23,434 nucleotides of DNA from Thermoplasmatota archaeon. GTDB taxonomy: Archaea; Thermoplasmatota; E2; JACPAO01; JAHFTW01. The position numbers were made by a program, and so were the translations under genes. Position 1 is the stretch's first letter. Each line of letters begins with the position of its first letter. The notes beneath the pieces were generated by a model. The model saw only the letters and a program-made list of their open reading frames with translations, did not search any database and had not been told where the DNA came from. Below are positions 1 through 8,093 of this stretch, in pieces. The stretch lies in assembly GCA_041622435.1 (NCBI GenBank), contig JBFJYU010000012.1, positions 1 to 23,434 on the forward strand, in the 5' to 3' direction.

Positions 1-545
1 GCGTCCTCCTCCGTAGCGAAAACGGAGTGGTCCTCGAAGAAGTGGATTTCACGCACGCGCATGAACGCCCGCGTCTGCTTGGTCTCATACCGGAACACGT
101 TGCAGATCTGGAACGTCTGCAGGGGCAGGTCGCCGTGGCTGCGAATCCACAGCGGGAAAATCTCGTACATGGCGCACTCGCTGGTGGGCCGGACCACCCA
201 GCGCTCGCCGTCGGGCAACTCGTTGTTTCCGGCGTGCGTCACCCAGAACACCTCGCCGCCGAAGCCCTTGATCTGCTCGGCTTCCTTCTGGAACAGTTTC
301 TCCGGAATCAGGAGCGGGAAGCTGACCTCATCGTGGCCGGTGCGCGCCATCTCCGTGCGCGTGAACGAATCGATCTGGTTCATGATGCGCTGGCCGTAGG
401 GGCGCCAGATGTTCATCCCCTTGATCGGGTAGCGCTTGTCGGTGAGCTCGGCGAGTTCGACGACTTCGTTGTACCACTCCATGAAGTCGGCGCTCTTGGC
501 GGGCAGACCGGACTTGGCCTTCTGGACCTGGGCAGCTTGCGACAT
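1..545 (-). CDS. proS: Prolyl-tRNA synthetase, archaeal/eukaryotic type (class II aaRS). N-terminal ~181 aa; the gene continues beyond the window start.
   Basis: Manual reverse-strand translation from the ATG at 545..543 gives [171 protein letters not shown]. This aligns with the conserved N-terminal/catalytic motifs of archaeal-type ProRS (FxEWY, RYPxKG, RPTSE, LWIRSH, FRYETK). It is missing from the ORF track because the frame runs off the window edge. Confidence 0.8.
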   Translation of the reverse strand, partial: MSQAAQVQKAKSGLPAKSADFMEWYNEVVELAELTDKRYPIKGMNIWRPYGQRIMNQIDSFTRTEMARTGHDEVSFPLLIPEKLFQKEAEQIKGFGGEVFWVTHAGNNELPDGERWVVRPTSECAMYEIFPLWIRSHGDLPLQTFQICNVFRYETKQTRAFMRVREIHFFEDHSVFATEED

Positions 546-589
546 GACGGCGCCGCCACCCGGTTGCCACTGATAAAAGCCGGCGATGG

Positions 590-1468
590 CTACGTGGCTT
601 CGGCGTCCACGGCGGCGGCGGCCTCCAACGCGCCGAAGAGGCCGCAGTGCTCGATCAGGAAATCCTCCAGTTCCCGCGGCGGCAGGCCCGTCAGGCGCGC
701 CACATGCTCCGTGGGCGCGCCGGTGTCGTTCTCGTGGACGGCGACCTGGTCGCTTGCCAGCCAGGCGCAGCCGTGCTCGTCGTTGAGCCGGCGGATCCAG
801 TCGCTGCGCGTGGTCTGCACCAGTTTCACCGGGCGACGGATGGCTGCGGCGATGGCGAGCCTCACGTGATCAAGATCGTAGACGCGCGGCCCCGTCAACT
901 CGTATTCCTGGCCGCGGTGGCCGGGCCGCGTCAGGGCCGCCTGGGCGGCCGCGGCGACGTCACGGGCGTCAATGTAGGCGCTCTTGCCGCGCCCCGCGGC
1001 GCTGAACGTACCGGTGTTCGCGACCTCATGGGCCCAGCGCAGGAGCGTCTGTTGGTACAGGTCGGGCTTCAGGATGGTCCATGCGACTCCGCTTTGGCGC
1101 AGGTAGTCGTCGGCCTCGGCGTGCCAGCGCCGGATGTTCACGCGCGACCCGAGGCTGGCGCCGCGCGTCGAAACGCGCACCACGTGTTCCACGCCGTAGT
1201 TGCCGGCGGCATCGATCACCTTGCGATGAATACGCGGCATGTCCGGGTGCGCACTGCTGAGCAGGAAAATCCGGTTCGCGCCGCGCACGGCCCGATCAAC
1301 GGTGCGATCCTCGGACAAGTCGCCGAGTACCACGGTGGCGCCCGCTTCTTTCAATTCACTAGCGGCCGCCGCACGGCGCGTGACGACGCGAAGTCTGTGC
1401 CCCGCCGACAGCAGGCCATCAACAAGGGGACGCCCAACGCGCCCGGAGGCTCCCGTAATCAGCATCAT
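590..1468 (-). CDS. NmrA-like NAD(P)H-binding atypical short-chain dehydrogenase/reductase (~292 aa)
   Basis: Subset of ORF 590..1687(-), using the internal MM start at 1468. [32 protein letters not shown] is a Rossmann GxxGxxG N-terminus typical of the NmrA/atypical-SDR family and the length fits. The upstream 73 codons of the tracked ORF are probably not translated. Confidence 0.65.
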   Translation of the reverse strand: MMLITGASGRVGRPLVDGLLSAGHRLRVVTRRAAAASELKEAGATVVLGDLSEDRTVDRAVRGANRIFLLSSAHPDMPRIHRKVIDAAGNYGVEHVVRVSTRGASLGSRVNIRRWHAEADDYLRQSGVAWTILKPDLYQQTLLRWAHEVANTGTFSAAGRGKSAYIDARDVAAAAQAALTRPGHRGQEYELTGPRVYDLDHVRLAIAAAIRRPVKLVQTTRSDWIRRLNDEHGCAWLASDQVAVHENDTGAPTEHVARLTGLPPRELEDFLIEHCGLFGALEAAAAVDAEAT

Positions 1469-1701
1469 GGCGAAAACCCAGCGGGCCGTCAGGCCCAAAC
1501 GAGTTTCGTTCACAGGGGCGGTTAAGGGTTCGCATGGCGCTCCTGGCGGGCCGGTCCTTACGGCTGTGCCAGCATAAGGCACTTCAAGCAGGAGACCTAG
1601 CAGGGTTTGAGCGCCTACCCGGAGAGCCCACCTGTTGGGCACGCCCCCGAGCTCTCCGCGTGACCGCCTCCCCCGCAAGGGGGGCACAGCACATCGATCC
1701 C

Positions 1702-3087
1702 ATGCAGTCTCTTGCCAAGCCCACGACGCCCGCCACGGTTTCCTACAAACCGTTTGACCTGCGGAACTTCCGCTCGATACCGCAGGTGAAGGAGCGGTTG
1801 TCCGAGGCCGACATGTTCGAAATCGAGGTCGTCGGACACGTCTTTCCCTTCAAGACGAACAATTACGTCATCGACGAATTGATCGACTGGGAAAACGTTC
1901 CCAACGACCCGATGTTTGCACTGACTTTTCCTCAGCGTAGAATGCTCCGGGAAAGCCATTACAACCGTATGGCCGAAGCCATGCGGGAGCGCCCCGACGA
2001 CGCCCAGTACCTGCTGGATGTCGCCAACGAGATTCGGCACCAGTTGAACCCGCATCCGGCCGGCCAACTGGAGCACAACGTCCCCGAATTGTACGGCGAG
2101 CCGCTTGAGGGAATGCAGCACAAGTACAACGAGACGGTGCTCTTTTTCCCCAGCCAGGCACAAACCTGCCACGCCTACTGCACCTTTTGTTTCCGCTGGC
2201 CGCAATTTGTCGGCCTTGACGATTTGAAGTTCCAGACGAAGGAAATTGAGAACCTCATTTGTTACCTCGAGGAACATCCCGAAGTGTCAGATATCCTGTT
2301 CACCGGTGGGGACCCCATGGTGATGGGGCCTCGCCTGATTCGCACCTACCTCGGCGCAATTACGGAGGCGCGCCACGCGGGGCGAATTCCCAACATCTCC
2401 ACCATTCGCATCGGTTCCAAGAGTCTGACCTACTGGCCGTACAAGTACGTCACAGACGCCGGCGCGGACGAGGTCCTTGACACGTTCCGTGATGTGGTTG
2501 ACAGCGGCATCCACCTGGCTTTTATGGCGCACTTCAACCACCCCGTGGAGTTGTCGACGCCCGTCGCTGTCGAGGCGATCCGTCGCATCCGCGATACGGG
2601 CGCCCAGATTCGCAGCCAGACGCCGCTGTTGCGCAACATCAACGCTGACCCGGAAGTGTGGGCCGCCAAGTGGCGCCGCGAGGTCGAGTTGGGCGTCATC
2701 CCGTACTACATGTTCGTTGTCCGTGACACCGGCGCGCAGCATCACTTTGGTGTTCCGCTCGTCGAGGCGCACGACATTTTCAGGAAGGCGTACCAGAAGG
2801 TCAGCGGGCTGGCGCGCACCGTGCGCGGGCCGTCCATGAGCGCCGACCCCGGCAAGGTCGAAGTCCTTGGGCCGACCGTTGTGGCCGGCCGGAAGGTGCT
2901 GGCGCTGCGGATGCTTCAGGGTCGCAACCCGGACTGGGTCGCGCGGCCGTTCTTTGCCGAGTACGACGAGGACGCCTTGTGGCTGGATGAGTTGAAGCCC
3001 GCGTTCGAGTCGCGGTTTTTCTTCGAGCCCGAGATGGCCAAGCTGGATGCCCCCGAGGCGGACGGCGCCGCGGCCGCCCCTGCATAG
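1702..3087 (+). CDS. KamA-family radical SAM protein (lysine 2,3-aminomutase-like aminomutase), ~461 aa
   Basis: ORF 1534..3087 trimmed to the ATG at 1702. CHAYCTFCFRW is the CxxxCxxC radical-SAM cluster motif in KamA context, and LFTGGDP corresponds to the KamA PLP/SAM region. The VIPYYMF and NHP motifs resemble lysine 2,3-aminomutase. The exact substrate (lysine, glutamate, beta-lysine or other) cannot be read from sequence. Confidence 0.8.
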   Translation: MQSLAKPTTPATVSYKPFDLRNFRSIPQVKERLSEADMFEIEVVGHVFPFKTNNYVIDELIDWENVPNDPMFALTFPQRRMLRESHYNRMAEAMRERPDDAQYLLDVANEIRHQLNPHPAGQLEHNVPELYGEPLEGMQHKYNETVLFFPSQAQTCHAYCTFCFRWPQFVGLDDLKFQTKEIENLICYLEEHPEVSDILFTGGDPMVMGPRLIRTYLGAITEARHAGRIPNISTIRIGSKSLTYWPYKYVTDAGADEVLDTFRDVVDSGIHLAFMAHFNHPVELSTPVAVEAIRRIRDTGAQIRSQTPLLRNINADPEVWAAKWRREVELGVIPYYMFVVRDTGAQHHFGVPLVEAHDIFRKAYQKVSGLARTVRGPSMSADPGKVEVLGPTVVAGRKVLALRMLQGRNPDWVARPFFAEYDEDALWLDELKPAFESRFFFEPEMAKLDAPEADGAAAAPA

Positions 3088-3119
3088 GTAGGGCTCCGCG
3101 GCTGGCGCCGCCGGCGGGC

Positions 3120-3746
3120 TCACTTGACGGGCACCGACTTGGCCCTGGCACGGGCGGGCTTGTGGAGGTTGACTTCCAGGCTCAGCACACCGTTCTCATA
3201 CGTGGCCGACGTGCGCTCGGGGTCCAGGTGGACTCCGGGTGAGCAGGTGGCGAGGTACTTCTGGCCGTCGCCCTCCCCTTCAATCTCGATGGTGTCACCG
3301 GCGACCTGGACCTTGATGCGGTCCTTGTCAACCCCCGGCATCTCGGCTCGCACGTTCAGTGTCCGGCGCTTCTCGTCCAACCGCCACGTCAGAAACGGTT
3401 CCCGCCAGCCTTCCTCGAGCGCGGCCAGGCTTTGCCCAAGGCTGCCAAACGGCTGGAAGACCGGCCGGCCATGGGGGCCCGGCTGTAGCGACAGGCCGTG
3501 CATCAGAGGCAGCCCGATCCAGTCGTGCCCTTCGGTGAAGGCCTCCTGGAGCAGGCGGTCCATGCGTCGCTCCATCTCGTGCAGGGCAGTCTCAAACGGC
3601 CGAAACACATCCCGGTAATGGTCGAGTTCGGCGCCGCTTGGCGCGGCCGGGACGGCGGGTGTCGCCTTTTCCGGTTTCGAGCGCGCTGGCTTGCGTGCCT
3701 TGGCCGGCCCGGATTCGGTTTTGCTGGACGGCTTGGATTTGGCCAT
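3120..3746 (-). CDS. Hsp20/alpha-crystallin small heat-shock protein with a ~45-aa basic K/P/A-rich N-terminal tail
   Basis: The alpha-crystallin domain is visible: WRLDEKRRTLNVRAEMPGVDKDRIKVQVAGDTIEIEGE...YENGVLSLEVNL. The ATG at 3746 is preceded by GAGGTGA (3753..3759, minus strand) with a 6-nt spacer. The N-terminus MAKSKPSSKTESGPAKARKPARSKPEKATPAVPAAP is low-complexity and basic. Confidence 0.75.
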   Translation of the reverse strand: MAKSKPSSKTESGPAKARKPARSKPEKATPAVPAAPSGAELDHYRDVFRPFETALHEMERRMDRLLQEAFTEGHDWIGLPLMHGLSLQPGPHGRPVFQPFGSLGQSLAALEEGWREPFLTWRLDEKRRTLNVRAEMPGVDKDRIKVQVAGDTIEIEGEGDGQKYLATCSPGVHLDPERTSATYENGVLSLEVNLHKPARARAKSVPVK

Positions 3747-3950
3747 TTCTGATCACCTCGGGCTGGCGCCCGGACCCATCTCGTGCAGCGGCGCCCCAAA
3801 ACGTTGCGAGAGAGCCGCAAGCCTTGGCGGGGCGAGCGTGGCCCAGGGGGCCTCGTACCAGCGCGACAGGGCCTGCCGGCGGTCCCGGCTGAGGCCGACC
3901 GGGGCGCCCGCATTGCGCACGCTTTAGGAGGCGCGCCCCATCGCGCCGGC

Positions 3951-5399
3951 ATGAAGGCCGTCGAGATCGAACCGATGCTGTTGGGGCACGATTGGAGCGC
4001 CGGCTCCGGGGGCGACGCACAGGACGTGATCGATCCTGCCACCGGGCAAGTCCTGGCGCGGGTGCCCCGAGCCAACGCCGACGACGCCGCGGCCGCCGTG
4101 GCATCGAGCCGCGAAGCGTGGGGGCCGTGGGCCCGGTCGGACCCGGCCGAGCGCGGCCGCATCCTGCACCGTCTGGCAGGGCTCACGCGCCAACACGCCA
4201 AGGATCTGGCGCTCCTGGAGAGCCGCAACAACGGCAAGACCATCCGCGAAGCGGCGGGCGATGTGGCTTTCGCCGCCTGGACGCTGGAGTATTTTGCCGG
4301 CTGGGCGGACAAGATCCACGGTGAAACGATCCCGGTGCCCGGCGACCGGCTTGGGTACACGCTGCGCCAAAGCCTCGGTGTCACGGCCCACATCAGCCCG
4401 TGGAACTATCCTTTGCAACTCGCCGTGCGTTCCCTTGCGCCGGCGCTGGCCGCTGGCTGCACGGTGGTCGCCAAGCCAGCCGAGCAGACGCCGCTCAGCC
4501 TGCTGCGCTGGGCCCGCCTGGCCCAGGAGGCCGGCGTCCCGGAGGGCGTCCTCCAGGTCATCACGGGAGACGGCCCGGTCGTCGGCGACGCGCTGGCGCG
4601 CAACCCGGACGTGGCGGGAATCAGCTTTACGGGCGGCATCGAGGCCGGCCAATCGGTCATGCGCGCCGCAGCCGACCACGTGGCTCCCCTGGCCCTTGAG
4701 CTCGGCGGCAAGGGCGCCAACATCGTGTTCCCCGACGCGAACCTGAAGCGCGCGGCCAAGGGCGTGTGCTTCGGGGTCTTCATGAACGCGGGCCAGATGT
4801 GCTGGGCCGGCAGCCGCCTGCTCGTGCACGAGGACATCCACGACGACGTGGTGGCGTCCGTGGCGGCCGAGGCGGCCAAATGGAAGATCGGACCGGGCCA
4901 GGAGGAAGGCGTGCGCGTGGGCAGCCTGATCAGCCAGGACCACCAGGCGCACGTGCAGGGATTCATCGACCGGGCCGTCGATGCCGGGGCGCGGGTCGTC
5001 ACGGGCGGCGGGGCCCCAGGCGACGCGGCCATGGCTGACGGCGCGTTCTTGCAACCCACGGTGCTGGCGGACGTGAAGGCGACCCACGAGGTTGCTCGCA
5101 ACGAAGTGTTCGGGCCGGTCTTGGCGGTGCTGCCGTTCGCCGACGAGGAGGAGGCGCTGCGCGTCGCCAACGGCGTGGATTATGGCCTGATGAATGGCGT
5201 GTGGACCAACGACCTGGGCCGCGCGCACCGCATGGCGCGGGACCTGGAGGCGGGCATGATCAGTATCAACGAGTTCCCGGTGACCTTCCCCCAGACGCCG
5301 TTTGCCGGTTGGAAGCGCAGCGGCTTTGGCGTGGAGCAGGGGCGCCACGCGATGGATTTCTACACCCACGTCAAGAACGTGAACGTCAACCTGGGGTAG
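3951..5399 (+). CDS. NAD(P)-dependent aldehyde dehydrogenase (ALDH superfamily), 482 aa
   Basis: ORF 3783..5399 trimmed to the ATG at 3951 (MKAVEIEP...). The catalytic Glu motif ELGGKGANIVF and catalytic Cys motif FMNAGQMCWAGSRLLVHE are present, as is the GxGxxG-like FTGGIEAGQ. The stop at 5397..5399 is 3 nt before the next start. Confidence 0.85.
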   Translation: MKAVEIEPMLLGHDWSAGSGGDAQDVIDPATGQVLARVPRANADDAAAAVASSREAWGPWARSDPAERGRILHRLAGLTRQHAKDLALLESRNNGKTIREAAGDVAFAAWTLEYFAGWADKIHGETIPVPGDRLGYTLRQSLGVTAHISPWNYPLQLAVRSLAPALAAGCTVVAKPAEQTPLSLLRWARLAQEAGVPEGVLQVITGDGPVVGDALARNPDVAGISFTGGIEAGQSVMRAAADHVAPLALELGGKGANIVFPDANLKRAAKGVCFGVFMNAGQMCWAGSRLLVHEDIHDDVVASVAAEAAKWKIGPGQEEGVRVGSLISQDHQAHVQGFIDRAVDAGARVVTGGGAPGDAAMADGAFLQPTVLADVKATHEVARNEVFGPVLAVLPFADEEEALRVANGVDYGLMNGVWTNDLGRAHRMARDLEAGMISINEFPVTFPQTPFAGWKRSGFGVEQGRHAMDFYTHVKNVNVNLG

Positions 5400-5402
5400 T
5401 CC

Positions 5403-6209
5403 ATGCCGGACTCTCCTGCCCGTCCGGCCCGGTTGCTTCGCGTCGAGCGCCACGACGGCGGCGTCGCCGTTGCCACGTTCGAGGGCGCCGAGTCCATGAA
5501 CGCGTTCGATCCGGAAACGTTGGGCGCGTTGCGGGTGACGCTCCAGGCACTGCTGGACGACCCCGATGTACGAGCCATCGTTCTAACCGGCTCCGACGGC
5601 GTCTTCTGCGCGGGCGCGGACATCCGGGAGTTCCAGCGCTCCATCCAGGCCGGCACCACGACGGCCTTTGTCCTGGCTGCGACCGAGGAACTGCACGAGC
5701 TCCTGCTGGCCATCTGGCGCAGCGATACCGTGTTCGTCGCTGCTGTCAACGGCGCCGCCGCCGGCGGCGGGCTGGGCCTGGCGCTCGTCGCCGACTACCG
5801 GGTCGCGAGCCCGGGCGCCCGGCTGGCCGCCAGCTACTTCCGACTCGGCCTCTGCCCCGATGGCGGGTCGACGTGGCTGCTGCCGCGGCTCATCGGCACG
5901 CAGCGAGCCAAGCGCTTCTTCTTCGACAACGAGGTCATGGGCGCCGACGAGGCCCTTGCGACGGGGGCCGTTGATGAGGTGACGTCGTCCGAGCACCTCT
6001 TGGAGCGTGCTGTCGCCGTCGCCACCAAATGGGGCGCCTGGTCGGCGGCCAGCCGCGGCTCAACCAAGCGGCTGCTCTCCATGCAGGCCGGTGACTTCGC
6101 GGCCCAACTCGACGCCGAGCGGGGCTTGATCACGTCCTCGGCCGCGTCGGCAGCCTTCGCCGAGGGCGTCGCCGCCTTCCTTGAGAAACGCGAACCCCAC
6201 TTCCCCTGA
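5403..6209 (+). CDS. Enoyl-CoA hydratase/isomerase (crotonase superfamily), 268 aa
   Basis: Crotonase-fold motifs are present: VLTGSDGVFCAGADIREF and the oxyanion-hole region AAVNGAAAGGGLGLALVADYRV. The gene is tightly adjacent to the ALDH gene with a 3-nt gap, implying an operon. Confidence 0.8.
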   Translation: MPDSPARPARLLRVERHDGGVAVATFEGAESMNAFDPETLGALRVTLQALLDDPDVRAIVLTGSDGVFCAGADIREFQRSIQAGTTTAFVLAATEELHELLLAIWRSDTVFVAAVNGAAAGGGLGLALVADYRVASPGARLAASYFRLGLCPDGGSTWLLPRLIGTQRAKRFFFDNEVMGADEALATGAVDEVTSSEHLLERAVAVATKWGAWSAASRGSTKRLLSMQAGDFAAQLDAERGLITSSAASAAFAEGVAAFLEKREPHFP

Positions 6210-6223
6210 CCGCGTCGACAGCG

Positions 6224-6288
6224 GCCACGGCGCCAGCCCGCCACGCCAGCCCGCCACGCCAGCCCGCCACGCCAGCCCGCCACGCCAG
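6224..6288. repeat. Intergenic tandem direct repeat, 13-bp unit CGCCAGCCCGCCA x ~4.4 perfect copies, plus a degenerate leading copy
   Basis: Read directly from the sequence: cgccagcccgcca repeats at 6231, 6244, 6257 and 6270, then cgccag. It lies between the crotonase stop (6209) and the lipoprotein gene start (6341). The unit length is not a multiple of 3. Confidence 0.9.
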
Positions 6289-6340
6289 GTTTCACGGAGA
6301 CCCCACAACCTTGATTGGCGCCCCGGCGTCCCACGTCGGC

Positions 6341-7387
6341 ATGAAGCTGGTTGGCCTTGCTCTCCTGATCCTGATGATGGCGACCGTCGCCGGATGCCTG
6401 AATGACTCCAGCGCGCCCGAGGATGCCGCAGAGGACCCGCAGCCGGGCCTTCGATTCCTTGTCATCGGCGACCAGGGCACCGGCGGACCGGACCAGGCCA
6501 AGGTGGCCGAGGCGATGGCCCAGGTGTGTGAGAAGCGCGGCTGCGACTTCGTGATCACCAACGGCGACAACATCTACGAAGCCGGCGTGGACGGCCCGGA
6601 TGACCCGCGCTTCGAGCGCCAGTTCGAGGAGCCCTACTCCGGCATGGACCTGCCCTTCTACCTGACGCTCGGCAACCACGACAACGACATGACCCCCGTC
6701 CACGCGGCCGCCGACACAGACGCCGGCGGCGGGCTCGGCGTCTGGGGCGCCGCCGGCGACCACCAGGTCGCCTACACGTTCCGTGAAGACCGCACGAGCG
6801 ACAAGTGGAACATGCCTGCGCGCTACTACACGTTCAGCCTTGCTGGCGCCGATGGCACGTCGGCCCAGTTCATCGCCCTGGACACGTCGCCGTTCCTGTG
6901 GGACGGCATGCCGCCCCTGTACGATGACATGCTCGTCGAGGACCAGATCGCGTGGGCCACCGAGACGGTCGGCGAACCCAACGGCACGTGGCGCTTCAGC
7001 TTCGGCCACCACCCTTACCGCTCCAACGGCCAGCACAACGACGCCGGCAGCTACGACGGGTTTACCACGGGCGCGCCCGCCGGCGAGCGGTTGAAGGCGT
7101 TCTACGAGGAGGTGCTGTGCGACCAGATGGACATCTTCTTCGCCGGGCACGACCACGATCTGCAATGGCTGGAGCCGCGCGAGGAGTGCGGCAAGACACA
7201 GTTCATCGTCAGCGGCGCGGCCGGCAAAACGCGCCCGCTGGCCCAGTCCAACAACCCGGCCTATTACGAACAGGGCAGCATCCTGGGCTTCATGTGGGTC
7301 GAGTTGGAGGGCGACACCTTCCGGGGCGCCTTCTTCGACGCCGACGGCCGCATGCTCTATGCCCGCAGCTTCACCCGGGAGGCATGA
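6341..7387 (+). CDS. Calcineurin-like metallophosphoesterase, exported lipoprotein, very acidic
   Basis: The lipoprotein signal MKLVGLALLILMMATVAGC has a lipobox Cys. Metallophosphatase motifs GDQG, GDNIYE, GNHDN and GHDHD are present. The ATG at 6341 is preferred over the TTG at 6311 because it yields a canonical signal peptide. Confidence 0.75.
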   Translation: MKLVGLALLILMMATVAGCLNDSSAPEDAAEDPQPGLRFLVIGDQGTGGPDQAKVAEAMAQVCEKRGCDFVITNGDNIYEAGVDGPDDPRFERQFEEPYSGMDLPFYLTLGNHDNDMTPVHAAADTDAGGGLGVWGAAGDHQVAYTFREDRTSDKWNMPARYYTFSLAGADGTSAQFIALDTSPFLWDGMPPLYDDMLVEDQIAWATETVGEPNGTWRFSFGHHPYRSNGQHNDAGSYDGFTTGAPAGERLKAFYEEVLCDQMDIFFAGHDHDLQWLEPREECGKTQFIVSGAAGKTRPLAQSNNPAYYEQGSILGFMWVELEGDTFRGAFFDADGRMLYARSFTREA

Positions 7388-7409
7388 GGTCTACAGCGCC
7401 GGGGTGGGC

Positions 7410-8063
7410 ATGAGTTCCGATCCCGCCCATTGGCAACAGGTATGGAGCACGCGCGACCCGGCCGAAGTGAGCTGGTACCAGCGTACGCCGAGCGTTTCGT
7501 TGCGCCTGCTGCGCCAAGCGGGCGTCGGCCTCGGCAGCCCCGTTATTGACGTGGGCGCCGGCGCCTCACCGCTGACCGCCCATTTGCTGGCGCTGGGAGC
7601 CGAGGTCACCGTTGCCGACATCGCCGCCGAGGCGCTTGAGAAGGCCCGACTCCGGCTGGGCGATCAAGCCCAGCGCGTTACGTGGCGCACGGCGGACGTC
7701 ACCCGCGACCCCCTCGGCGGCCCCTACGACCTCTGGCACGACCGGGCCGTCTACCACTTCCTGGTTGACGCGGGGGACCGCGACGCGTACCGGCGGGCCC
7801 TGGCGGCGGCGGTGCCTCCGGGCGGCCACGCGATCGTGGCCACCTTCGCTCCGCACGGGCCCGAGACGTGCAGCGGCCTCCCCGTGCGACGCTACGGCGC
7901 CGACGAACTGGCGTCGTCGCTGGGCGCCGAATGGCACGTCGTCGAGCACACCCGCGAGGAGCACGAGACCCCGTGGGGCGCCCGGCAGGCGTTCACATAC
8001 GTCCTCGTGCGCCACGCGGCAGCGGGCGCGCCGGCGGCCAGCGGACTGGCTCTCCCCGGATAG
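7410..8063 (+). CDS. Class I SAM-dependent methyltransferase (~217 aa)
   Basis: Motif I VIDVGAGASPLTAHLLALGAEVTVADI and the post-I acidic residue fit the Rossmann-fold MTase pattern. The start is ambiguous: GTG 7404, ATG 7410 or ATG 7359. Substrate unknown. Confidence 0.6.
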   Translation: MSSDPAHWQQVWSTRDPAEVSWYQRTPSVSLRLLRQAGVGLGSPVIDVGAGASPLTAHLLALGAEVTVADIAAEALEKARLRLGDQAQRVTWRTADVTRDPLGGPYDLWHDRAVYHFLVDAGDRDAYRRALAAAVPPGGHAIVATFAPHGPETCSGLPVRRYGADELASSLGAEWHVVEHTREEHETPWGARQAFTYVLVRHAAAGAPAASGLALPG

Positions 8064-8093
8064 AGGCGGCACGAGCCCAGGCGACCCTCGCCT

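Noticed and set aside
27-869. 280-aa plus-strand ORF at the window start
   Set aside because: It is the antisense shadow of the proS and NmrA-like genes. The reverse strand gives a textbook ProRS N-terminus.
3924-5453. 509-aa ORF antisense to the aldehyde dehydrogenase gene. Similar long antisense ORFs: 5834..7165(-), 16402..18306(+), 17646..19175(+), 19232..20908(+), 21726..22493(+), 9040..9804(+), 9969..11189(+).
   Set aside because: Each lies opposite a gene with clear family motifs. Their products are Arg/Ala/Gly/Pro-rich low-complexity sequences typical of stop-poor antisense frames in high-GC DNA. They lack SD motifs.
6181-6405. 74-aa ORF crossing the 13-bp tandem repeat (PATPARHASPPRQ-rich)
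   Set aside because: The reading frame is generated by the repeat itself. It overlaps the lipoprotein gene start and has no translation signals.
8079-8093. Small hairpin aggcga-ccc-tcgcct between the convergent methyltransferase and amidohydrolase genes, as a bidirectional terminator
   Set aside because: A 6-bp stem with a 3-nt loop abutting a stop codon and no U-tract is too weak to call. It is mentioned only as a possible transcript-end structure.
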